From Alphaproteobacteria bacterium (GTDB taxonomy: Bacteria > Pseudomonadota > Alphaproteobacteria > UBA7887), in the NCBI GenBank assembly GCA_965216755.1, contig CBDCGL010000011.1:672001-736000 (forward strand): 64,000 nt of DNA. The letters are read 5' to 3'. The notes beneath the pieces are model-generated. The model saw only the letters and a program-made list of their open reading frames with translations, did no database searches and had not been told where the DNA came from. A program made the position numbers and the translations under genes. Positions 20,789 through 28,703 of the stretch are shown piece after piece (the first letter of the stretch is position 1; each line of letters begins with the position of its first letter).

Positions 20789-21333
20789 ACGGTTGTCGCG
20801 TTCCGTCGCTGGGTTGGCCGGCGCGCGATGGCGTGACGAAAAGCGATCGCTTGCGACGCCATACCGAACAAGATCGGCAAACTGAAAGCTTGGGCGATCA
20901 GGCCGATGGGGATCTCGACCATCATTTCATTGGTCAACCAATCTTTCCAAAAAACGATCGCGGTATTTGTGGTGCCGGCTGCCAGCCCCAAAGTAACCGC
21001 GCGCAAGGGAATGCCGTGAGACCGAATGGTCACCGCGAACGGCTCGACAATATATGCGTGCGATCGAGATTCGATCGTCGCTTGCCGTGCGCCGAACATC
21101 TGCGACAGTGTCACCACGATAAGTGGCGTCGCATACACAAGAGCAATCGGAAGGATTTGGACGTTTGTGTCGCCAAACACCGCGTCCGATTGGTTGAGGA
21201 TGGCGAGAGCGCTGCCCAGACCCACTGCGATAGCCGCCGCGCGAACCAACACGGCCGTGTTCAGAAATGACCAGAGCTTGGGAGCGCTATTGCACGTAGG
21301 GACGCGTGGCCGATTGTCGGCGACATGGGTCAT
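20776..21333 (-). CDS. Membrane protein with two NrtS-like repeats
   Basis: RAAAIAVGLGSALAILNQSDAVFG...LVYATP resembles NrtS-type small membrane proteins; a weaker second unit follows; GGAGG RBS. Confidence 0.55.
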   Translation of the reverse strand: MTHVADNRPRVPTCNSAPKLWSFLNTAVLVRAAAIAVGLGSALAILNQSDAVFGDTNVQILPIALVYATPLIVVTLSQMFGARQATIESRSHAYIVEPFAVTIRSHGIPLRAVTLGLAAGTTNTAIVFWKDWLTNEMMVEIPIGLIAQAFSLPILFGMASQAIAFRHAIARRPTQRRNATTVYCV

Positions 21334-21367
21334 GACGAACCTCCGATAACCGTGGCGTTGGCAAGCG

Positions 21368-22045
21368 TCAGAAATTTGTCGTGGATCGGATAGACGGCGT
21401 GCGCGCGGTGCGTCGAATCTCGCGGATCTTCAGCAGCACAATCAGATGCAAAATGACGAAAGCCGGCACAATGAAACTGGGGAACAGGTTGAGGGGCCAC
21501 ACGTCCATGGCTGCGCTGGTTACGCCGCCAAAAGTGAATGCTGGAATGGCGCCGGTGGACAGTGCCGCGGTGGTAACCGCTATGACAAAATCCGCAAGGC
21601 CGATCAAATGAAATTGGATCATTTGACGAGATGTCAGCCAGGCTGGATCGCGGGTAGCGCGGGCGACGACGATGGCGGCCAACACGCCAACGAGAACATC
21701 ACCAACGCCCGCCGGCCACGCAAACAACCCGGGCAGTACATCGAAGGCGTGAAGAAGCAGGAACGAAAAGCCGACGACGCGCCACAGTTGAAGCATGGTT
21801 AGCATGCGAATATCGAGGGACAACACGCGTGTGCGAATCGACGGCGACGCGCGATAGGCTGCGACAAAAGCGGCAATAGGGACGATCGCGGTTATTGCGA
21901 TAGGCGGCAGTAACGCTTCCTGTGTGTTGCGCAAGAGCTGTTCCGTTCCAATTACATAGACGCTGGCAAACCAAACAATGATCAGCCCGCCGATTCCAAG
22001 CAAATAGTCGATGTGCAAGTGTTGGTCGGTCCGTGTAGCGCGCAT
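21368..22045 (-). CDS. Polytopic membrane hypothetical protein (probable MarR target)
   Basis: About 6 TMs; QLWRVVG, FAWPAGVGD, PLNLFPSFIVP; GGGAG RBS before ATG 22045. Confidence 0.8.
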   Translation of the reverse strand: MRATRTDQHLHIDYLLGIGGLIIVWFASVYVIGTEQLLRNTQEALLPPIAITAIVPIAAFVAAYRASPSIRTRVLSLDIRMLTMLQLWRVVGFSFLLLHAFDVLPGLFAWPAGVGDVLVGVLAAIVVARATRDPAWLTSRQMIQFHLIGLADFVIAVTTAALSTGAIPAFTFGGVTSAAMDVWPLNLFPSFIVPAFVILHLIVLLKIREIRRTARTPSIRSTTNF

Positions 22046-22063
22046 GTTAGGCTCCCAAAATAT

Positions 22064-22079
22064 AAGTGTAGATACACGT
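22064..22079. promoter_or_regulatory. Putative MarR operator, copy 1 (AAGTGTAGATACACGT)
   Basis: Imperfect 16-bp palindrome matching 22560-22575; 18 nt upstream of the membrane-protein start. Confidence 0.65.
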
Positions 22080-22096
22080 ATTATCACAAAAAAAGG

Positions 22097-22558
22097 TCAG
22101 TCGTCGGACGCCGCTGCGGTTGCCATTGACAAAATCTCGATAAGCTGCCGCCAGCGCTTGTCGCCAATCGTGTTGACCATGCGCGATTGGGCATCTTGCC
22201 AATGGCACTCGGCGTTTTCCAGCAGTTTCCTGCCGCGCGGGGCGAGGCATATTCTGCGTACACGCTGATCATTATCGCGATCAATACTGATCAGGTTGTC
22301 ACTCATGAGAGGTTTCAAATTTCGCGTCAGTGTCGTTCGATCCATCACGAGAATTGCGGCGAGACGGCTCAACGGAACGCCATCATAACGCTCCAGTGTT
22401 GCGAGAACGGTGAATTGGGTTGACTTGAGACCGGTCGGCCGTAGGGCCTCATCATAGAATTGCGTTACGGCGCGTGTCGCCTTGCGCAGGTTGGCGCAAG
22501 TGCAGGCCGTTACATTGGCTGGATCCAAGTCGCCTTTTTTCATTGGGGCATGGCTCAT
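22097..22558 (-). CDS. MarR-family transcriptional regulator
   Basis: CTCANLRKATRAVTQFYDEALRPTGLKSTQF, MDRTTLTRNLKPL, DQRVR winged-helix motif. Confidence 0.93.
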   Translation of the reverse strand: MSHAPMKKGDLDPANVTACTCANLRKATRAVTQFYDEALRPTGLKSTQFTVLATLERYDGVPLSRLAAILVMDRTTLTRNLKPLMSDNLISIDRDNDQRVRRICLAPRGRKLLENAECHWQDAQSRMVNTIGDKRWRQLIEILSMATAAASDD

Positions 22559-22559
22559 A

Positions 22560-22575
22560 ACGTGCATATACACGT
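22560..22575. promoter_or_regulatory. Putative MarR operator, copy 2 (ACGTGCATATACACGT)
   Basis: Palindrome 1 nt upstream of the MarR ATG. Confidence 0.65.
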
Positions 22576-22796
22576 AATTTAGAAACACGTCAAACGAAAC
22601 CCAAACGGGGCCGGGGGCGGTCGTTATATGAAACGGATCCATTCAGCAAACGAATTGGTGGTGGGGAGGCATTACCCCGCCGATGATGGCGCCACATGAG
22701 CGGTGCGCGAAGCGCGGGCGACGACTAGGTCGAACGTGGTCGGGAGGCCTACTCGGATCGTCTACATAGCGGTGATGGACGACAGATCGTAAAACG

Positions 22797-24581
22797 TTAT
22801 TGGCTCAAGAATTTCGCCGCATCAGTCTGCCGGACGATCTGTTTGTCTTGGTCGGACGCAGACAGCGTTACGGTAAGTTTTCGTGTCATGACATATTCGC
22901 CGACAGTCGCCGTTGCGAAAGTGACTGGTTTGTTGAAAACGTATGCGGTCATGCCATCCAAAAAGCGCTTGCACGCGGTGCTGTAGCCGCCACCGGTCGC
23001 ATAACTCACACTATAAGTGCCTTCGGGCACGCTGTTGAATACGGTTTCTTCATTGCCGCGGACATAGGCCAGCAGGACCGATTGCCCAGTCTGGTCACGC
23101 AATTTGACAATTGCGTCAGTTGCACCAGCATTCTTTACCCCAAGCGCGTGGTCCCCCTGTGTATGCTGTTTTAGGATTTCGCCGCTAACGGGGCGGGCAC
23201 CGGCATTTTCCGTACACCAAAGCTGTCGCGCCAATGACCCCGGTGTCAGCGATTCGAGCGGGACATATCCGCGCAATTCGGTCTCCGTCACGATTGGTAC
23301 CCAGCCATCTAATGTGCTGTCGCCCGTGGTTCTGACCGTCGTGAACTGCGGTAGTCTGTCGACCAAAGGAAACCCTAACCCGGCGCCGCGGCGCATTTGG
23401 GCCTCAGCGACGGCGACATAGCGAAGATCAGTCGGCGCAGATACCGGCGCCGCGATCGCAGGTGCAGGCGGTTGGGCTTTCGCAGTAGGCAAATCTTGGC
23501 CTGATGCGGCGGGCGGCGGTGGAGCGGTTTCCTCGTTCGCACTCTGTTCGGTGTCAGCGATTGTCTGTGGCCCGTCGTCGATGACGTCGGACGGCGCGGT
23601 CACCACTTGCCATCCATAGACACTCCCACGCACAAGAAGCCATGCCAGGAGCACACCGATGGGCAGCGTTTGTATGATGAATGCCGGACCGCCAATTGCC
23701 CAGCGATCCTTAAGCCGACGCCCCTCATTTGCTTTGATCAGGCGATCCAGATCAGGATCACGCCGAAAGGCATTTGCTTGGCGTGCTAAGTCTCCGGCCA
23801 GGCTCATCTCGCCGCGCGCCGCGAAAGCGCGCGCCTGCCGGGCGAGCAGATCGGCGTTGCGCGCGACAGGTTTTTCGCCGCCCGCAATGTTGCGCATGAG
23901 GGCTCGAATTGTGTCGAGTGGACCACGGGGGAGGCTCCACCATCCAAGCAGCCATGTGACCAGGCTCGCGCGTATGGCAACAATGTCGGCACATTCGCGG
24001 CAAAAAATACCCTCGATGCGTTTCACCAAGGATTCGGCGATGAGTCCGATGACACGCGTGAAGACCACATAACGTGGTTGCGCGGTGATGGTGCCGCAAC
24101 GCCGGCATCGACATGGTTCCAACAAGGAGTTGGCATCCGGTGCAAGCGGTCGTGTCGCTTGCGAAGTGGCTTGGCTCGTGTCTGCGGGGTGAGGTTCAGG
24201 CCGCGGTGTCGCGCGCGCCGCTGCCGCTCTTTTGCTCTGCGCCTTTTTCTGCGCCGCCTGATGCCGTTGCGCCTCGCGTCGGCGTACTTCTGCTTGTCGG
24301 CGCTCTTGTTCTTGTGCGCGGCGTTCGGCCCTCTTGCGCGCGGCGTCTACCTCAATCCGCTGAAGATCCCGGCAAAGTTTGTCATATTCCGCGCGCGCGG
24401 TCGGATTGCCCAAAATGCCATAGGCTTCGCGGACGCGCTGAAAGGCGTTCGTGTCGTTTCCGCCGCCATCGGGATGCGTTTCCTTAACTTTGTCGCGATA
24501 TGCGCGTTTGATCTCATCCTGTGTCGCCCCGGACGCGACGCCGAGCTGCTCGTAATATCCCTTTACGTCCGTATATTTCAT
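22797..24581 (-). CDS. Membrane-anchored J-domain protein with Cys motifs and SH3b-like extracytoplasmic region
   Basis: YYEQLGV...EIKRAYR...HPD...EAYGILGNPTARAEYD; CRCRRC and CREC; TM segments; MRRGAGLGFPLVDRLPQFTTV...GWVPI...RGYVP. Confidence 0.8.
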   Translation of the reverse strand: MKYTDVKGYYEQLGVASGATQDEIKRAYRDKVKETHPDGGGNDTNAFQRVREAYGILGNPTARAEYDKLCRDLQRIEVDAARKRAERRAQEQERRQAEVRRREAQRHQAAQKKAQSKRAAAARATPRPEPHPADTSQATSQATRPLAPDANSLLEPCRCRRCGTITAQPRYVVFTRVIGLIAESLVKRIEGIFCRECADIVAIRASLVTWLLGWWSLPRGPLDTIRALMRNIAGGEKPVARNADLLARQARAFAARGEMSLAGDLARQANAFRRDPDLDRLIKANEGRRLKDRWAIGGPAFIIQTLPIGVLLAWLLVRGSVYGWQVVTAPSDVIDDGPQTIADTEQSANEETAPPPPAASGQDLPTAKAQPPAPAIAAPVSAPTDLRYVAVAEAQMRRGAGLGFPLVDRLPQFTTVRTTGDSTLDGWVPIVTETELRGYVPLESLTPGSLARQLWCTENAGARPVSGEILKQHTQGDHALGVKNAGATDAIVKLRDQTGQSVLLAYVRGNEETVFNSVPEGTYSVSYATGGGYSTACKRFLDGMTAYVFNKPVTFATATVGEYVMTRKLTVTLSASDQDKQIVRQTDAAKFLSQ

Positions 24582-24989
24582 GCGCACGAGTCTAAATTTC
24601 GTCCGGTCGAGCGACTCATCGGCACAGTCTTGCCCACACTGCCGCAATCTGTAGTGGATTGTGCATGGTCAACCGCACGAATGTCACGCCAGCTAATGAA
24701 CGTCCGAGTCTCCGTTTTCATGCGCTGCCATTGCCCAAGCAAACCGTACCGGACCGCCGGACGAGTCTCCATCAGCAACAGAGGCGGTCCACCCCAGCAG
24801 ACGTGCGGTTTCCACGTTGACGAACTCGTCACCGCGAATTTCTAGCAGAGGCTGGATTAACGATGTATCAATAAGCTGGCCTGGATCAGCATGCATTTGA
24901 ATATCCTATAGCGCCGATCCGAGCGCAGTTGGTGGCGGGCGATCGTTCATTTCCTGTGACGTTTCCATCAGCACGTCTTGTTGGCACGA

Positions 24990-25499
24990 TCACGCCACGG
25001 CGTGCCCCCCTTCCGGCGCGTCCAAGGCAACAATCGCAGCCCGCACGGAATCCGGAATCCGGATCTTTTCGCCAGTCGCGCTAATCATCAAAACTATGAC
25101 CGCGTCGCCGCTCGCGACAAGACCATTGGACCATACCGCATAGTCCATAGAGAGACTGGTATTGCCAAGCCGACGATTTCGCGCGGTAACCATAAAAGTA
25201 TCTTTGAACAACAAAGGTTTAAAGAACTTTTCTGACGTTTGGACAATGACTGGGCCTGGCGTTTCAGCCGACAGCGGCGGAAGGCCGACAAACTCTAGAT
25301 AATGATTGCGCGCATCCTCATAAAAGGCTGAATACGCGATATTGTTAACGTGCCCGAATCCGTCGACTTCTTGCCAGCGCGCACGCCGGATCGTGCCAAA
25401 CGACCAGCCCGGCTCAACGCCAAACCGACGCCGCTGCAGATCATCAAGCCGAAACTCCGCAGGGTTACCGAAGATGTTCATGGGACCGGACTGTGCCAT
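24990..25499 (-). CDS. Acyl-CoA thioesterase (4HBT/hotdog family)
   Basis: RWQEVDGFGHVNNIAYSAFYEDAR. Confidence 0.9.
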   Translation of the reverse strand: MAQSGPMNIFGNPAEFRLDDLQRRRFGVEPGWSFGTIRRARWQEVDGFGHVNNIAYSAFYEDARNHYLEFVGLPPLSAETPGPVIVQTSEKFFKPLLFKDTFMVTARNRRLGNTSLSMDYAVWSNGLVASGDAVIVLMISATGEKIRIPDSVRAAIVALDAPEGGHAVA

Positions 25500-25695
25500 T
25501 CCAGCGTGGCCTTGTCACCTGGCACACTACCTCGAATATGTACTAATTTCCGGACAAATTCGAAGCAAAACAAGACTCTGCGCGCATTTTCTTCCATGGT
25601 CATCCGACTGAGTAATTGCCGCCAGCCAGCGGTGCCCGCCCCTATTTTCGCGCGGTGTAAATAGCTGATCCGGCTGGCTAGCCTGACGGCCCGCC

Positions 25696-25733
25696 AAAAA
25701 AAGTCGGGCGCTTCCCAATCTCGGAAAGCGCCC
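25696..25733 (-). terminator. Intrinsic terminator after ibpA
   Basis: GGGCGCTTCC...GGAAAGCGCCC hairpin with a T7 tract on the minus strand. Confidence 0.65.
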
Positions 25734-25778
25734 CCTTTTATCGTCAGAAGTGCGTCTAGCACTCCTTCTTTTGAAGCC

Positions 25779-26240
25779 TTAGGCTGCGGCCGTATTATCG
25801 ATCACTTTGCGCGGTCCATCGCCGCTGCCGATAGCAATCTTGCGTGGCTTCATGGCTTCCGGAACTTCGCGTTCCAGGTCAACATGAAGCAAGCCGTTCA
25901 CCAGACGGCCGCCCGTGACCTTGATATGATCGGCCAGCTGAAAGCGCCGCTGGAACGCGCGCCGCGCGATCCCACGGTGCAGGAACCTTCGTTCGGCGTC
26001 GTCGTCTTGGCTCTTTCCAGAAACGGTCAGCGTGTTGCTTTCCACGGTGACGTCTAGGTCATCCTCGCCAAAACCAGCCACTGCCATCGAGATCTGATAC
26101 CGATCGTCGTCGATCTTCTCGATATTGTACGGCGGGTATGCCGGTGCTTCGTCAACACGCATCGCCGCGTCGAACAGCTGATTCAGCCGATCAAAGCCAA
26201 CGGTCGTGCGGAATAAAGGGGACAGATCCAATGTGCGCAT
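25779..26240 (-). CDS. ibpA: Small heat-shock protein (Hsp20, IbpA type)
   Basis: MRTLDLSPLFRTTVGFDRL, YPPYNIEK, AVAGF, LHRGIARRAF, NGLL, PRKIAI; GGAGG RBS. Confidence 0.95.
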   Translation of the reverse strand: MRTLDLSPLFRTTVGFDRLNQLFDAAMRVDEAPAYPPYNIEKIDDDRYQISMAVAGFGEDDLDVTVESNTLTVSGKSQDDDAERRFLHRGIARRAFQRRFQLADHIKVTGGRLVNGLLHVDLEREVPEAMKPRKIAIGSGDGPRKVIDNTAAA

Positions 26241-26340
26241 GTCACATCCTCCGTAAGAGCAATATGATCCTTGGGTCCAGCCTAACTGCGACCCATTTGC
26301 AGGCGTCGCGTCCAGGCCCGACATTCGGCGCCTTGCGACA
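26238..26340 (-). promoter_or_regulatory. ROSE-type RNA thermometer in the ibpA 5'UTR
   Basis: Final hairpin CATAT-TGCTC-TTACG-GAGG-ATGTG: the UUGCU motif pairs with the Shine-Dalgarno with a bulged G. Confidence 0.8.
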
Positions 26341-26346
26341 AATCCG

Positions 26347-26374
26347 ATATGGGGAGGCCGAACAGCATGTCAAG
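26347..26374 (-). promoter_or_regulatory. RpoH (sigma32) promoter
   Basis: CTTGAC-N14-CCCCATAT on the minus strand directly upstream of the ROSE UTR. Confidence 0.85.
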
Positions 26375-26465
26375 GGCATGGCTGGACAGGCGGAAAGGTG
26401 CGCGGCAAACTGCCCTGCGACGCGGAGTTCAACCGTGTCCCGCGATCGAACAGGAGGCGACGACG

Positions 26466-28664
26466 GTGCCAAAGGTAAGGAATCTGACGGTTGACACAAT
26501 CTGGCAGGAAATCCAGTCGACGCCGGCAGACTGGCGCAAAGAGAAACCCGGAAGCCTGCTTCAAATCCTGAACCACCTCCATTTGATCCGTGCGTTTGAA
26601 GAAACGGTCCTGGAGCTGGCTGGCGAACAACTGGTTCATGGGCCCGCGCATTCGTCGATTGGCCAAGAGGGTGCGGCGGTGGGCTGCATGGCAGCGCTGC
26701 ACCCCGGTGACCAGATCAATGCCACGCATCGGGCCCATCACCAGTTTCTCGCAAAGGTGCTGAAGTTTGTCGAGCCGCGTGCCTTTGAGCCACTGCGTGA
26801 TGAGATCGCGCCGGAACTACAGCACACGCTTCAGCGTACATTGGCCGAGATTATGGGCTTGGCCCAGGGCTACTGCGCCGGTCGTGGCGGATCGATGCAT
26901 TTGAGGTCGAAGGAGGCGGGCATTCTCGGCACGAACGCAATAGTCGGTGGCGGCGTGCCGTTGGCTGCGGGGGTCGCGTGGTCGCGCAAACGCGCTGGTG
27001 AAGGCGAAATCGTCGCGACATTCTTCGGCGACGGTGCGTTGCACCAGGGCGCCGTCGCTGAATCGATGAACATGGCCGCCCTGTACGACTTGCCGATTTT
27101 GTTCTTCATCGACAACAACCAATATGCCGTATCGACGACCATCGCGGAATCGACCCGCGAAACGCGCCTCACATCCCGCGGACTTGCCTACGGGATCCCC
27201 TCGTTTACCGTCGATGGCATGGATCCGCTGGCGGTGAAGATCGCCAGCGAGCGCGCGGCGACTATGCTGCGTGATGGCCAGGGCCCTGTCATCGTCGAAG
27301 CCAACAGCTACCGTTATTTCCATCAGAACGGGCCAATTGCGGGCAGTGCCTTCGGCTATCGCACCAAGGAAGAAGAGGAAGAATGGCGGTCGCGGGATTC
27401 GCTTACGCGGGTTGCTAAGGAAATGATTGACCTTGGCCACCTGGACCAGAAGCAAGTCGATCGTCTGCGTAACGGCGCCAAGGATGCCATGTCGCGCGCC
27501 GCCGAGGCGCTGACCGAACCCGAGGGCAACGCCCGCCGGATCCGTCCATCATTGTGGCCGGACCCGGCGACCGTGGATTACGGTGTACGTGGCGATCTGT
27601 CGGAATTTGCCGGCGCCCGCTTCGAAGAACAAGAAGATCACGGCGGCGAAATCGAAGATCGCAAATTCATCGACCTGGTCGCCGCCGTGATGGTGCGGCG
27701 CATGACAGAAGACGAGCGTATCGTCGTCATGGGCGAAGACGTGCACAAGTTGCGCGGCGGTACCAATGGTGCGACGAAAGGCATTGCGGAAAAGTTTCCC
27801 GGTCGCATCGTTGGCACACCAATATGCGAAAACGGTTTCACCGGCATTGGCGGCGGGATCGCGCTGGACGGCAAATATCGGCCTGTGGTCGAACTTATGT
27901 ATGCGGATTTCGTCTACGTTGCCGCTGACCAAACGTTCAATCAAATCGGCAAGGCGCGCCACATGTTCGGCGGTGACCTCGATGTGCCGCTCGTCATGCG
28001 GATGAAATGCGCGGCCAAGTCGGGATACGGTTCCCAACATTCCATGGACCCGAGCGGATTGTTTACCATGTTTCCCGGCTGGCGAATTGTCGCGCCCAGC
28101 ACGCCCTATGATTATGTCGGGTTGATGAACAGCGCCTTGCTCTGCGAGGATCCGGTTCTGGTGGTCGAGCATTTGGAACTCTATCAATCGCGCGGACCGG
28201 CGCCGACAAGAGATCTCGACTATTATATCCCGCTCGGCAAAGCCAAAGTCGTCAGGCCGGGCAATGCGTTCACGGTGGTGACGTCGTTAGCCATGGTGAA
28301 GCCATGCATTGATATCGCTGAGCGCATGGGCGTTTCAGCGGAAGTCATTGACCTTCGTTCGTTAGATCGTGCTGGCATCGATTGGGAGACCATCGGCGAG
28401 AGCGTACGCAAGACCAACAATTTGCTTGTCGTCGAGCAAAGCACCGAAGGCACGTCGTATGGCGGTTATTTGGCTGGCGAGGCACAAAGGCGCTTGTTCG
28501 ACTATTTGGATCAGCCCGTCAAGCGGGTCGTGGGCGGCGAAGGTGCGCCGGTGATCTCGCGCGTGCTGGATTTGGCCGCGCATGCAACGGAAGCCGATGT
28601 TGAAGCGGGTTACGCGGAGATGCTCGCTGACGTTGGGTCGGGCGTTGCACACGCTGCCGAGTAA
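26466..28664 (+). CDS. 2-oxoacid/acetoin dehydrogenase E1 alpha-beta fusion (TPP-dependent)
   Basis: HSSIGQE, GRGGSMH, GDGALHQG...DNN TPP motif; beta part VMGEDV, TPICE, YGSQHS; CAGGAGG RBS before GTG 26466. Confidence 0.92.
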   Translation: MPKVRNLTVDTIWQEIQSTPADWRKEKPGSLLQILNHLHLIRAFEETVLELAGEQLVHGPAHSSIGQEGAAVGCMAALHPGDQINATHRAHHQFLAKVLKFVEPRAFEPLRDEIAPELQHTLQRTLAEIMGLAQGYCAGRGGSMHLRSKEAGILGTNAIVGGGVPLAAGVAWSRKRAGEGEIVATFFGDGALHQGAVAESMNMAALYDLPILFFIDNNQYAVSTTIAESTRETRLTSRGLAYGIPSFTVDGMDPLAVKIASERAATMLRDGQGPVIVEANSYRYFHQNGPIAGSAFGYRTKEEEEEWRSRDSLTRVAKEMIDLGHLDQKQVDRLRNGAKDAMSRAAEALTEPEGNARRIRPSLWPDPATVDYGVRGDLSEFAGARFEEQEDHGGEIEDRKFIDLVAAVMVRRMTEDERIVVMGEDVHKLRGGTNGATKGIAEKFPGRIVGTPICENGFTGIGGGIALDGKYRPVVELMYADFVYVAADQTFNQIGKARHMFGGDLDVPLVMRMKCAAKSGYGSQHSMDPSGLFTMFPGWRIVAPSTPYDYVGLMNSALLCEDPVLVVEHLELYQSRGPAPTRDLDYYIPLGKAKVVRPGNAFTVVTSLAMVKPCIDIAERMGVSAEVIDLRSLDRAGIDWETIGESVRKTNNLLVVEQSTEGTSYGGYLAGEAQRRLFDYLDQPVKRVVGGEGAPVISRVLDLAAHATEADVEAGYAEMLADVGSGVAHAAE

Positions 28665-28703
28665 GTCGCACCGAAGAGCTGCGGGCGCCGCACGGGTAGG
28701 ACG

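Noticed and set aside
24650-24985. Possible ncRNA or small ORF between the J-protein and thioesterase genes
   Set aside because: No recognisable RNA family motif or convincing coding signal; needs an Rfam scan.
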